Notes under the pieces: generated by a model | The model's input: the letters and a program-made list of their open reading frames with translations, nothing else | The model's database searches: none | What the model was told of the DNA's origin: nothing | Translations under genes and position numbers: made by a program | Shown: positions 1 to 13,100 of the stretch, one piece after another | Layout: each line of letters starts with the position of its first letter | Position numbering within the stretch: the first letter of the stretch is position 1 | Assembly (NCBI GenBank): GCA_018398765.1 | Contig: JAHBMJ010000393.1 | Coordinates: forward strand, 1-48,991 | Length of the DNA stretch: 48,991 nt | Direction of reading: 5' to 3' | Origin: Chromera velia | Taxonomy: Eukaryota

Positions 1-408
1 AAAATTATATTTCAAACAGTTTCAAGTTGAACAAGTTTGAATCTAGTTTGAATTATTATAAATTGAATATACATAAGAAATTATAAAAGGAATATCTAGA
101 GGAATATTATCCGAATATACAGTTTAATAGAAGCAAAAAATGGTATTCAAAATACAGCATATATAAAATAGGTCCGAGTCAGATTCTAAATTCCTAATAT
201 CATGATTATCATCATCCAAGAGGCTACAGCATCATAACAGCGAAGACCGCGGCAAACTACTATACAAGAATATGAGCTGTTATACATAGATTACATGACT
301 AGAGAGATATTAGAGTAGAAAGATGACTTAAAAAACAACAGCTATTAGAAGCGCACGCCTAGGCGCACGCACATGTACACACACACACAGGGGGGGGGTA
401 GGGGGGGT

Positions 409-447
<39 letters not shown>

Positions 448-1326
448 GAGGGAGGGAGAGAGAGAGAGAGAGAGAGAGATGGGGGTAGGATGACAGAGAC
501 AGATGGAGACAGAAACAGAGGGGACTAGCAGAGGGCTAGGCGACACATAGTGGTAAAAAAAAAAAAAAGAATAGACATGTCAAGATTTTTTTTTTTTTTT
601 TTTTTAGTCTCAGGCTGGTGGTTAAAGGTCCAAACAAACTTAGCAAACGTAGGTTTTGTAGTTAGATATGTTTTTGTTATATGTTTGGCACTTCCAATAA
701 AATAATAAAAAAAAAAATAAAAAAGATTAGGCTTCTTGAGATTTTTTTTTTCTTTTTTTTTATCACTGTGCGTCGCCTAGGCAGAGGGGAAGAAAGAAAG
801 AGCGAGAGACATGCATGTGTGGATGATTCACTAAATATCAGATCAATTGAACGTTGCAGGGCCAATCCCAGTGTGAACGAACTTGTTCCACGCATCTTGA
901 ACACATTCTGAGCATGTCCATCGGACCCCGATTCGACTCAGCTTTCGAAGTGCGGGCCCTTGTACATACATTCATTCATCCCATGACTTTCCCGTCAATT
1001 CATTCTGCTCGCAGTAGGCATTCCAGGGGGGGGCATCATGCATGAAAATGCATGCACGCATTCAATTCCTTCCATAAATCCCTCTCCTCAACGACATAAG
1101 ACAAAAACAAGATGACGACAGAACAGCAGAAGCCATGGCTCAGACAGCATCGTTCGACATCAACGCAAGTCCTTGATGCATGTATTAATACTAGAGAAAG
1201 GCCGCGAGGACAACAAAAACCCTTCTAACCCTCAGCGAAACAGCAGGTGAATTGATACACCGCGAATGAGCTTCCCTCGGTATGGCGAGGCATTCATGAG
1301 TTAACTGTCCAGCTTTGAACTTATTT

Positions 1327-2454
1327 CTAATCAAAGCGAATTCGAAGCTTGGCACCCGTGAACCCCCCCCCGTTCCACATTTTGAGGAATTCCTTCTGCA
1401 TCTCTTCAGGCCGACAGTCAACGAACTGACTCTCTGCCCAACCCCCCTTCTTCAGGCCGTCATCCACCAATTTCAACGCAAACCGGACACGGCTCAATGT
1501 GCCCAAAATACCCCCATCAAGGAGCCAGTGGGTAAGGAGGAACCCCTTCACCTGCTTCTTCCTGTAGATCAAATCCACGATGGGCACACCCCCCACTGGC
1601 TCCTTGGCAAGCCCTCCGTACACGTACGTCGTGCTTTTGGGGGGCAGCATGGAAACCAGCTGACCTGACATCTTCCCCCCAATGCAATCGAAGGCGACTT
1701 TGATCTTCATTTTGGAGATCAAATTCTTCAGTTGTTCTTCCCAGTCGCTGTCTTCCTGACAAACAACGATCTCAGCCCCCAAATCTTTCAGAAGCTTCAC
1801 CTGCTCACGGCGCCTCACCAAATTGACAACTTTCACGTCCATAGTCTTGCACAGCTTCACCATCATTTGCCCCAATTGGGACGCTGCTGCTGTGTGAATG
1901 AAGACATTGGTCTTGTGAATCTTCTGGGCTGTATGGATCATGGCAATGACTGTGAAGGGGTTCACGAAGAAGGACGCGCAGTCTTCAACGGGCGCACTAG
2001 AGAGGGGGAAACACCCTTTCAGGGCATCCACCACCGAATACTCCCCGTAACTCCCCGTCTCTTGAGCTACGAATCCGACCGTCTTGCCAACCATTCGTCT
2101 GGCCACGAAGCCACCACCTGACGCCACCACCACCCCACTCCCTTCATTCCCAATTGCACGCCCACCTTCAGACGTGATCCACACACCGTAATCTGATGGG
2201 TTCACCGGGGCGGCAGAGACTTTCACAAGGACCTGCCCCTTCTTCAACCTGGGGATGGGTACGTTCTTGACTTCAAGCTCAACTTTGTTCATGTCGGCGT
2301 TGGGAGATTTGAGGAAAATCTTCTTCATCGTCGCCCCTGATGCGGGAGCGTCTTTTGTAGTAGCAGCGCCGGAAAAGACAAAGAAGGAAAGCGTCGCAGC
2401 ACCCAGGCCAAATGCAAGCAGCACAGGCGGCTGCAAAGCGAGAAGAGACAACAT
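1327..2454 (-). CDS. Medium-chain dehydrogenase/reductase (zinc-independent, ETR-like / NADPH:quinone oxidoreductase), intronless, with N-terminal hydrophobic anchor
   Basis: 375-aa ORF from the ATG at 2454 (MLSLLALQ...). Motifs AAPVNPSD, GNEGSGVVVASG, FFVNPFT, HTAAASQLGQM and FDCIGG are typical of ETR-like MDRs; no catalytic Zn Cys/His ligands. Confidence 0.9.
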   Translation of the reverse strand: MLSLLALQPPVLLAFGLGAATLSFFVFSGAATTKDAPASGATMKKIFLKSPNADMNKVELEVKNVPIPRLKKGQVLVKVSAAPVNPSDYGVWITSEGGRAIGNEGSGVVVASGGGFVARRMVGKTVGFVAQETGSYGEYSVVDALKGCFPLSSAPVEDCASFFVNPFTVIAMIHTAQKIHKTNVFIHTAAASQLGQMMVKLCKTMDVKVVNLVRRREQVKLLKDLGAEIVVCQEDSDWEEQLKNLISKMKIKVAFDCIGGKMSGQLVSMLPPKSTTYVYGGLAKEPVGGVPIVDLIYRKKQVKGFLLTHWLLDGGILGTLSRVRFALKLVDDGLKKGGWAESQFVDCRPEEMQKEFLKMWNGGGFTGAKLRIRFD

Positions 2455-2699
2455 ATCGATAGCGACGGCAGACAAGCTGAAAGCTGACAATCCAATGAAA
2501 AAGGAAAACCGGAAGCAAACCCAGACGAGTTCGTGGGATTCTACGAATGTGACTGAGAAGGAGCGCTGCAGGATGGATCAAAACGACTCCTGCTTGATTG
2601 CAGACCCTTGCCAATTCTTCGTGGCACAATTCGATCTGACAAGAGATCTTGCATCATTTGCTGCGAGACGGCAGGAGAAATTTGAGACGTCTCGTCTCT

Positions 2700-2790
2700 A
2701 CGCGGCAGCGGGCCATGCATGGCGGGCCGCGCGGCGAGCCCGGGCCATGCATGGCAGGCAAAGGAAGCTTGCGCGCGCGACGCCGAGCGT
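2700..2790. promoter_or_regulatory. GC-rich promoter box with two GCCATGCATGGC palindromes upstream of the MDR gene
   Basis: Identical 12-bp palindromes at 2712-2723 and 2744-2755, about 260-300 bp upstream of the ATG; a similar GCATGC-rich box lies at 45320-45490. Confidence 0.45.
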
Positions 2791-4146
2791 TCAGCCGCGG
2801 AGTCATGCGGAGTCTCGATGACTCCAAAAGCACTAAATAGTGAAGTAAGAAGAGAAAAGGAGGAGTCAAGAAGAAAAGACTATCCAGTCAGTCGCGGAAA
2901 AGAACAGAAACCCATCCGTTTCTTTTCGTAGCTTACCGCTTGTTCTCTTGAGTCCAAAATCGAACCTCGTGCAACTTAGCACATATAAGAAAAAAACAAG
3001 GGCAACCCAACCTGAAGTCTCTCACTCTCTCTCTTAATCCTTCTTCACCCACACTCACGGGTCTGCCCGAACTCACAGATCTGCGTGCACTGCTGGACAC
3101 TCATCCAGGTTAGAACTGCTATACAGCACGTTTTAATGAAAAGATCGCAGTTGTGTTTAAACGAGAACGTCGGGCAACACTCCCTTCCGTCTCGTATATC
3201 CTTGCTGTTGTGTAGAGCGGAACTCACCACCCTATCGCTGGTACCCACCAACTCAAGTCAAGGCAAGCAAAGGTGCTCTTCACATGCTACAGCTCAGTAG
3301 ACGCTGTGAGTAATTGTATTGTAATTTTCTAGGCAATTTCCTCTTGTAGAGGGCTCAAAAACAATTTTGAAAGACTCCTCACTGATAGCTCCTCGGCTAC
3401 TTCAGCTAGCTTCAGCTCATTCTAAACGCTTCTGACAACGTCAAATTCTGTCTGCAAAGTTTGAAGTCAGATTTACCATCAAACTTAATCCTGATTCGAA
3501 ACTTCACGAGGTGTGGTTATCTCACTGACCAAGTCTTACCTCCCTCAAAGCTACCATAGAAACCAACAGGCCAATCACCCTCGATTCGGAACTGACATGA
3601 TATTAGGTTTTCACACTTTAGCCGTCTCCGTCACCCCGTTGCTTCTGAATTCCACCTCGTGTGCAGAACCATACGGGGTATACTGGTGACCTGAGAGCTG
3701 CATCTCTGTGCAGTCTAAGTCGAATGTGATGGTGGAAACGAGAAGTGAGCACCTGCCAACCAACCATGTGACTTTCACCTCCAGGACCTCATATCAACAC
3801 ACGCACCGACATTCTTCCTATCACACCCAATCGATCAGCTTTTTGTACCCAGACATCCGCCTCATTGCGCAGTCCTTTCTAGAACCTGCCATATGCTCAC
3901 TGACAGGGTACACATGGTTTTGTCATGCAGTGTCAGTGAAAGATGGGTTACGATGTGCTGCCGTACTTTGTTCTCAACGGTTACCATCCCCACTGCCCGC
4001 TTTCACTCTGCTTTACCCTCTTTGTCTAGCCTAGTTATCATTTTGGTAGTCATGCTAGCAGTCATATTTAAATGTGGCGCATTACATTGTTCACTTCCTT
4101 CCTCATGCATACTTCTCTCTTCTTTTTTTCGCCCTCTTATGCAGGC

Positions 4147-5950
4147 ATGGCTGGCAACCAGACGAACGGAGCCACCAAGGCACAGAAAGCCGCGGCAGCT
4201 GCGTTAATTGAGCAAGCAAGAAAGGCACTTGAAGATGCACAGAAAGCCGAATAGAAGCTACTGCAGCAATAGCAGGGTGCAGAAGAAGGGAAGTTGGGAG
4301 CCGGTCTACCCAGGGGGGCCTCCCTGGCAGCCTACCTGGCCCCCAGATTTCCTTGAGTTCATGAAGAGCTGTGCAGAAGAGAAGGACAAAGAATCCACAG
4401 AGAAGGCAAAGAAGTCAAAAGCGAAGAAAAACAAGTCCCAAGCCACTGAGTATGCAAGCATACTCAATCAGCTCCAACCTAGCTCCCAACAACCAACCCA
4501 AGAAGCAGCAGCAGCCGTACATCCTGTCAAAACATGCCGAACTAATTGAATCCAAAACATGCCGGGGTTACTGGGAGAAGGATTACATGAACCCTAGACA
4601 CGAACCTCCTCCCATTGCCTCAACAGTAATGCACTGGCCTGTCCGGCTTAAAGGCTGAGTCAAAGTGAATGATAGGAAATATGACTAGTCATACCGGTTT
4701 TCCACCTGCAAAGCGTCTCGCATCTGTGGTGGCACTCCAACTCGCTCTAGTCATGCAAATAACAAAAAATAACGACGAGCAGGTGCTTGTTCTAAGGCTT
4801 GTGGCTAGGCTTACAGATGCCCAACAGGAAGTGGGGTCTGAGATTGCGGGGGCCCCTTCCGGTGGGATAGAGTTTCAGCTTTTCTAGATACTGGTAGGCC
4901 CCCATGGCCAGCAAATGCTGGTCGTGATTGACCCGATTAAATCGACTTACCCCCAATTCCCAGACATGCTGCCGTTCCTCTCTACCCATGTGCCGGCAGG
5001 TGTAAACGCCTTGAGCTGTCCAGCTGCCCCAGCCGATGTCATTCACCAAGCCCACCAATTTTTATTAGAGGAAGCCAAACCCCCCGAAGTGGCCAACAAG
5101 CTGCATATCGCTCCCTCAGCCCTCAAAAAACTAACAGCTGGATGGTGGGTTAATGCGCTTGAGAAAGTGACCCATGACGCAGTGACGGACCTCGAAGAAG
5201 CGAAACGGGTGTTTAAAGGGTCTTCAGAGAAAGCAGAGAGAGAAAAAGCCGTGACTACGATGCGAATGGCCTCCGAGAAGATCCAAAACTTCACCTTCAT
5301 GAGAACCCGTCTCACCCAGTACTGTAACAAGGCATGCAGTTGAAGACCACCTCGACCTCCAGAGCTTTTAAACCTACCTAATCAGAGAGACAGTCACCTC
5401 CCGCTTCCAACTGCTTATAAAGGGGATGATGGAAGCGGATACAGTGCAGTGTACACTTGAGATGCTCCCTGTAGCATTCCAGTCTCTCACCCATATGGTC
5501 TTCGAATTACAGAACCAATTTACCTCCTTCACCAATTGCAGTCCCCTCCATTGTAACAACTAAACAGAATAGGACCTCCGTGGCCCTTCCAGGGTAACAG
5601 AGTAGGGGAACACTGGCACTGCTTGCAGGGGCTTCTGGAGGAGCACCAAGGGGGGGAGCACCACCTCCTAGACATGCTATGGGAGGAACAGGCATGGGTG
5701 GGCCGAACCAAAAGCAGCACGCAGGTCCTAACCCAAAGACCTACTTCTTGGGTGAACTGAAACAACATCACATGATCCCGCCCCAGCCTCGCGCGGCCTC
5801 GGGCGCTCCCATATCCGCATACGATGACAGAATGCCCAAGAGAGGACTGGCCGTACCCATGTAACCGCCCCTTGTGCAGATCGAAAGGCCTTTAGCACAC
5901 AGCCAACCATAGCATCTGCAAGGCTGTCCATCAGCTGCATGCAGCTTAAA
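4147..5950 (+). pseudogene. Degenerate gag/ORF1-like coding relic of a retroelement, with C-terminal Cys/His knuckles
   Basis: ATG at 4147 (MAGNQTNG...), then protein-like segments broken by TAG/TAA/TGA stops and frameshifts, ending ...HTMTECPREDWPYPCNRPLCRSKGL*HTANHSICK (about 5815-5925). Confidence 0.4.
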
Positions 5951-8415
5951 CTGCGACCGAACAGCAGTCCCCGCCAGCCGTTCCTGCTGGAAGAGCATTG
6001 CCGATCCATACCTTCGTGCCCGGAGGTCATGGGGTGCAGGTGGCCGCAGGTGGCATTTCCGTACATGCAGGGAGGCCCTGTGTAGGGGCCAGCAGCGGCT
6101 GCCTCCACCACCACCTTGAAGACCGACCAAATCCGACATTCTGCATGAACTGTTTCCGCTGACTACTCAATCTTTTGTGCATTTTGCTCGCTGTTTTACA
6201 TCAGATTCTCTATTGTTTCTGTCGTTCCTTTCATAATGCCTGTCAAGAAATCATAGTCGGGCAGATTGTGCAAAAGACAGGGCACGACATTGCAATGAAG
6301 GGTGCATGACAGGTAGAAAGGCTCTCTTGAGACCTGCTGAGCTTGAAAAGTATGAGAGCATGCTGGAAAATGCCGGAAGGTACCGTACCGTTAGAAAAAA
6401 CGAAGAGGAAGAGAGCGAGGAAGAGAATCCGGCTCCTGTAGCAGTACCCGAATCGAATCGAATCGAATCAAATTGGATGCATATGCAGAAACGAAAGTGT
6501 CTTGCCATAATGTTTGCCATCGTCCTTTTAGACCTTTCCAGTCCTTTTTGGTGCTTGTCAATTGATGGTCGATTGAGACTCAGAGACAGTTGAGACCACT
6601 CGATCGCCATGTATAAATCTTAAATGAGTGTTGCATAACTTTCGGTATAGAAATGTTTAGAGATTCAAGGCCTTTCACAGCTCGATCTCCACCGTCCCAT
6701 GCACCACCCAGTCACTCAGGGACATGTAATTCATTGATGCATCCAGTCAAGTAAGTCGATTCTATATCAGAGAGACAGAGAACACTGCAAGGCAAGGGAA
6801 AGCAGCGAAGTCAGAAAGTCTCAGCATGCTGTGTCATACAGGCGTCGTGTGCATTAATTTCGGTGTGAGAGAAAAGGCGGTCTTGAATCGACCCCAGTTT
6901 GGTGCAGGAAGATGAACGTGAAATGATTATGAATCGCATATCATTCTCCTTGGTTTGCTTCACATATGCACTACCATTTGAATGATTGATCCTTGTGGAA
7001 TGGGTTGATTGTCTTCATTTTGGTAGGCTTCTGCTTTCTTGTCTACACGTCTCCACTCTTAATAAAAATAGGCAATGATCGCGCACCACAGCAGCTTCAG
7101 GCTCGCTATTTTCTTGTCTTCCCATGAATCATCAAACACCGTTAGAAGGATATGATCCGAATCACCATCAACGCATCTGTTCTACTCAATAGAGCTACAG
7201 CTTTCACACGAGCCACAAATGTGACACGTTTTGCTGGCATGAAGAAAGAATAAAATCTTCAGAACAAGAAGATTCATGCAGAGTCAAGCTGCTAAAGCTG
7301 CTCTTTTCTTTGAATGTGTATGCCTATGCATGTTTCAAAAATTAAAGAAAAACAAACAAATTTTATTGTCAGGTGTTGATTGTTATACCAGTGTATGCCG
7401 AAGCTGTACTCAGGCTTGACTATCCTTGCTCATCTCTTTTTTCTTATTCACTGCGATTGAACGATCAATCTAGCAATCAATACAGGCGATAATCATCATA
7501 CCGATCAAATTGATTAAAATAAAATCAATTCCTTAATATAATACGCGTGATCCATGATCATATTAATTTGGTTCACGTCATGCAGGCTCATTTGCTAAGT
7601 TGTTTTTATGTTTGATTCTTTTATAATGGGGAAAAAAAAAAAGATTCAAAAATCTATATTGATATTTGCTTATACTCTTACATTTTTACTTGTAGACATC
7701 CTAAGACATCCCTTCTGACGACAATCGTTCTTTTAATCTACTTAAAGTCGGCGAATCTGCTAATTATATGCAATACAACGCTAATCGCGAATAATTGATA
7801 CTTAATTAGTACGCGAATTTAAGTAGACTTCTATCATATCTTGTCGTCTATCAGATGATGATTGAGGGTTTTTTCATGCATGCCGCGTCTATTAGATTGG
7901 GGCCCTGGATCAGACAGGGAGCCGTAGGATCCTATAGGATCCTAAAGGATTCAAAGGACCATCCAAATAGCATGCGCTACTGAAGGAGCTGTGTATGGAC
8001 GGGTCGTTTTAGCGGCTTGCCGGAGCGACACTCCGTTAAGACGCGATCCTCTACTATATGATCTACCAGGGCCCGTGGCCACTGTAATACAGAATACGCG
8101 GCACGCCGGGGCCACGGTATTTTCTGCATGGGATTGCCGTCTCCGTCTCCTGCTTCCCTTCGTTCTCACTATGTTTCGACTGAACTGACACTTCACGCTT
8201 CTGCCGCGTCCTACAGCTGAACCACCCCGACTCAGAACAGCACTCTGTGGCACGGCGATTCTCTCTACCGACCTCTAGTCTCCTGCATTCACGTACTGCC
8301 TGCGACCTTAAGATAGTAATCGTGATCTGCGTAGTATTAATACAGTTTGTACCATCTGCTTAGACCATCTGCTTCATCAGTGACCATCAGTGCCTTGAAG
8401 AAGAGTACGTCTCTA

Positions 8416-8490
8416 GGTGGGAAGACCTGGTATCTCCGGTGGGAAGACCTGGTATCTCCGATAGGAAGACCCGGCATCTCCGGTGGGAGG
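8416..8490. repeat. 22-bp tandem repeat, about 3.4 copies
   Basis: GGTGGGAAGACCTGGTATCTCC x2, then GATAGGAAGACCCGGCATCTCC, then a partial copy. Confidence 0.85.
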
Positions 8491-8519
8491 GAGAAGATAG
8501 AAGAAAAAAGGCATCTCTG

Positions 8520-9900
8520 TGCTTACGGGCAGGAGAAGTTCGAAACCGGACTACCATATAGCCTAGTCAGCCAGCAGAGCACGACAAGCAACACAAGGTC
8601 ATCAGGCGGTACAACACAAGTGAGCAGACTACCCTGACACAAAAAAAACCGAAGGAAGACAGACGCACCTCTGGGAGGAATCGAACTGCCTCCGGCAGGG
8701 TCCCGCTCATCTGGCAGCAGACCGGAGGTGTGGAAAGCCTGCACACACACACACACACACACACACATACATACACACTCTCTCTCTCTCTCTCTCTCTA
8801 TGGTAATGGTCTTGCTTAGAACGAGTCAACAGAACCTGAGACCATCAGGGCAGGCATGCTCTACTCACCGCTTGAAGAAACTCCCAGGCCGTACCCTCGG
8901 GCCCCAGGCTCGACTCGGCCACCTTCTCCCTCATGGGGCTTCTATCAAGACGCCCGCGGGGATCTGCAAAGAGCCAAGACGGGAAATAGAAAAGCTGTTC
9001 GGAGCAGGAACGACAAGAGAACGCGGTATAGGTTCACAAACTCACAAAACTGGAAAGCAGCACACGGAGGACGGACGGACCGACGGACAGACAGAATTGC
9101 AGGTGGCTAGAGAGGCTAAAGGAGGCAGAAAAGCGAGGAGGGAGCCCCTAAAAGGAAGGGCCAACGGAGCTGGCATGGAGACCTACCTGCAGGATTCATG
9201 TGGCTATCCGAAGGAGCGCCAGCAATGGCTAGAGGCTCCACGCAGAGTACCAGGGGGACAAAAGGATAGAGACATGCAAGGGGTGTATGTAGAGACACGT
9301 GAATAAAAGATGGGACAGAAAAGCCCTTGAGACCCCTGCTGGCACGCCCGGTTCACCTCTTGTCGTAGGGTTGCAAACAGGTGGGGGCAGCTGTCGTCTT
9401 TTGGCCCCATGATCTGGAGGGCAAAGGTCTCTCCAATACCTTCACATCGGCCTGTATCAAGCACACAAAAACAACGTCGACACGAGATGAGAAGGAAACC
9501 AAGGGCAAGAGAGAGGAGAAACACACTTCTGCCCAAGGAAGGTGCAAGAAGTAGGGATCGTCAGAGGCAGCTAAAAAAAAGGTGGGAAGAAAGCAGATAA
9601 GACGAAAGAAGAGAAAGAACGGAAAGGACCAGACAGAACAGAAGAGAGCCCAGGGCCACAGAGCATGGAAGGAGGGATATGAACAGTCTAGGATCGCAAC
9701 AGGAGAAGAGCAGGAGCACTGCCAGGCCAGCGGACAGGACAGCAGGGAGAAAAAGGGAAAAGAGGGAGAAGGAGGTAGAGGTGGCACGAGGCCGGGGAGG
9801 GAGAGGAAGGAAGGGTTCCTACCGCCGCAAGACCATTGGAGAGGGCAGACAGAGCCAAAGAGCAAGCTAGAAGGAGACTCGAAGGCTCAGGCCTCAGAAA
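8520..9900 (-). pseudogene. Possible degenerate multi-exon protein-kinase-like gene
   Basis: GT-AG-bounded segments translate to GRCEGIGETFALQIM...LRQE (subdomain II/III-like, with K>Q), SGTLPEAVRFLPE (VIII-like) and CSLVLYRLMT (IX-like). No intact HRD or DFG found. Confidence 0.3.
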
Positions 9901-10134
9901 GAGGCCGTACAGACAGGCAAAAGAGAGAGAGGTAACACTTCGGACCGTGGGTGACAGTTTTCAAACCGAAGTGTCACCCACCCAAGAAGGTGAAAGCACC
10001 TCCCCGGTGACAGTGGTAATACTAATGACACCTCTTGAGAAAAGGTATGTAGAGAAAAAAAAGAGGGGGGGAAATGCGCTTTCGGCAGCACCGTACCACA
10101 AAAAGCAAACTCCTATTTTCCTTGCAAGTCCCCC

Positions 10135-13100
10135 ATATCAAAGAGTGGCCCAGCTCCCGAGGGGCGCTACTCCAACTACAAGAAGGCAACAGAAATCATT
10201 TGGAAGTGGTTGGAGAAGAATGCCCCGAAGACGTATGAAAGATTCGGTAAGTGAGTGTGGTGTGATCGAACGGAGTTCCAAAACTGTCGGCCAACTCAAC
10301 TCTAATCAGACTAGCTGCTCATCCGTCAACAAGATGCACAACATCCAGAAAGTATTCTTTTACCTGAATTTGTTTTAGACTTTTAGTCTTCTCCTTGATG
10401 ACCGGTCTGCCTTTTCTCGTTGTTACATGGTTGTACGCAGGTTTGAAGCCCAGCAGACTTTTAGTCTTCTCCTTGATGACCGGTCTGCCTTTTCTCGTTG
10501 TCACATGGTTGCACGCAGGTTTGAAGCCCAGCACCCTGAAGCGGGCCGCAGACGAAATTCTCTCCCGATCCATCGAGGCTCCCCTCAACGTTCTGTTGGC
10601 ACTTGACAAGTCCATTCGTCTCCGGACGGAGGTCTCAATGTTGTTGAAAGATGCCGAAGAGACTCCAGAGGGCGAGGCACACTCATTCTTCATTTATGCT
10701 TTGGACAGACTCAGACAGCGCCTCTCTCCTGTGGGAAAGCATCAACCAGACAGCGGAGAAGACCCTCGGCATGGAGAAGATCTGAGGAAAAAACAGAACA
10801 CGTGGGTAGTACAGACAATGTGTGTGGTGTCAAAGCAAGTTCAGGTGCTCTCAGTCTTCACTTCACACTTGAGGCACGCATCTACTGCGTATAAACCATC
10901 AAAGAGTCAGAAAGGAAACCGGGTTCCAGACAGAATGATTGTCATCTCTCTCGAAATCTCTTCAATGGAATCTCTTTCTCCTTTTCAGCTCTCTCTCCAG
11001 CTTGCTCACATGCATATACGACAAGCTCTTGCACGCATGTTTTCCCACTGCAGGTATGTTGTGCTGGCTACGCACGCACAGCAAACAGAGGGAGAAGACG
11101 AGCAAACAGAAGCCGTAATTGATGAGGACTTTCCCTCCGTGCCCTCTGAGATGCCGTCAGAATGGGATGTCCTGCCTGGACGGGAGAGTAAGGAATTCAA
11201 GCTTGCCATGCAGGCCCTTTCTCTTCTTCTGGATCTCCACGAGTTGAGTGTGATGGTCTCTAACGAGTAGGCGAACATGGCTACAGACCCGGCAGGCTTT
11301 TTGAAGGCCTCCGCAGTCACGCAAGCGTGTATCGACCATGCAGGGCGACTGGCAGCAGCGCTTCAGGTGCACCACCCAGAGGTCAAAAGCTTCAAGCATC
11401 TCCTCGACAAGGCGTGTCAACTTTTCTAAGTCAGTGATCGAGCCCATGAATTGGTGTTGGAGAAAAGAACACAGTGAGAAGCGCAGCAAGCTCAGTGATT
11501 GGTTCAAGAAAAAGAGTCAATCAGCCTAGTAATTGATCCTTACTAGAGCGTGTGCTCTTCTATCTTTCCGTCTCTCGCAGATGGGGATTGGCTCCCCACT
11601 GTCCCCCAGCATTCTCTCTCTTGCCCTCTCACACTGTCTTTCTTCATGCACCGTCTCACATGTGTGGGGTTTACCACTTTTCTCAGTGTGAGACCGTCGT
11701 GAAGTTCTGCCAGCGGATCCGTATGACTCAATTGACAGTGTTTTGTAATCATCGTCTTGATGGCGCTGTCTCGTGTTTGCAGCTTGGCTCGAAAGAAGAT
11801 GAATTGAAGAGGGGCCTCAGGGTGGGTAACTGTCAGTGTTTGGGATGCATTCGGAAAAGGAATATGCTGGAGTCCCTCCCAGAGCTTGAAGACATTCAAG
11901 ACCTTGCCAACCCTTTTATGGCCTGCCTGTAAGTTGGTTACACGCTTTGTCAGTCGGTCGTCCACCAAATGAGCGAGCAGGAAAGTCAAAGTGACAAGAG
12001 AGAGGTGTATAAGTGTTCTCTGAGGTGTATACAGCTTGTTGGCAAGTGAATTCAAAGTAATTTGATTAAAAACTCTTGACATAGCGAGAAAGATCACAAG
12101 ATGAGTCAGTCAGTGAGGGCATACGGAGCCTTCCCAGTCCGGTAAAATGGAGAGTCCTCTCCGACGAGTTCCCAGGCCACCTTTTTGTTGAGCCGATAAA
12201 AAAGACTAAGTCTTGAGAGGAAAGAAGAAAAATCATTTGCCTTGCATGAACGCGACATGAAAAGACATAAGACCATCTAGACACCTATCGCTCAAAAAGG
12301 AACATAGGTTTTTTTTTCGTGTATCGCTCGGGGTGGTTGAACGGAGCGTAACGCTGTCACATTCATAGACTCTTGCATCTGCCCGACGGCCACCACCTGT
12401 TGAGCCTTGAAGCTTACTGTTGTATACATGCAATGCCATATGCTTCCAGGCCTCCAAAGCTTAAAAACCTAGCGGACTATGAATGGCGGATAGAGCGGCA
12501 AAGACCCTGGAATTCTGGAAACGCAGATATCTATGCCTTTGAACCGGGGATGCTGGCCCTTTCTCATGGTGACGCTGTGCCTTACCAGCTATGGGAATGT
12601 TTCTGGGCGTTCAAACAATCACCCATCCGACGTCACAAGTTGCTGAGGGTCTTTGACTGCCACAAAAGATACCTAAAGACAAAAACGGTCGACATCCACT
12701 TCCTCTTCGCAATGCGCTGTTTCTTTGTGAGCCTCTGCAGGATGCAGAGTGAAAGGGGGGCAACACAAAAAAAAATTGTCAGCTGGTTGGACGGGCCATA
12801 GAGACTGTCATTTATCGGGAAGACATTAAGGGAAAAACAGGGGGGGGGCAAGCAGCCACGCAGGTTCATGCCAAAAACGGCGAAATGATGACAACCGTTG
12901 CGCATCCCTTCAGCTTTTATTACTGCTTCTGGAGTGACGGCACTCCTGAACAAACGGAGCGGTCAGAAAGAGAATTAGAAGACTTACTGAAAGACTCCCT
13001 CCTGGTATCGTAGTATGTGCTCGCCTCTTTTTTTCTGGCCACCACGCTTTTTATATTGACTCTTTTTTTCTTTCCTCCTCTCTCTCCCTTTGTCATGAAA

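Noticed and set aside
6240..7300. Possible decayed gene
   Set aside because: The frames examined gave no recognisable motif and contain stops.
7992..8344. Possible solo LTR (TGTAT...ATACA)
   Set aside because: Flanks AGCTG and GTTTG do not form a TSD, and there is no second copy or clear PBS in the window.
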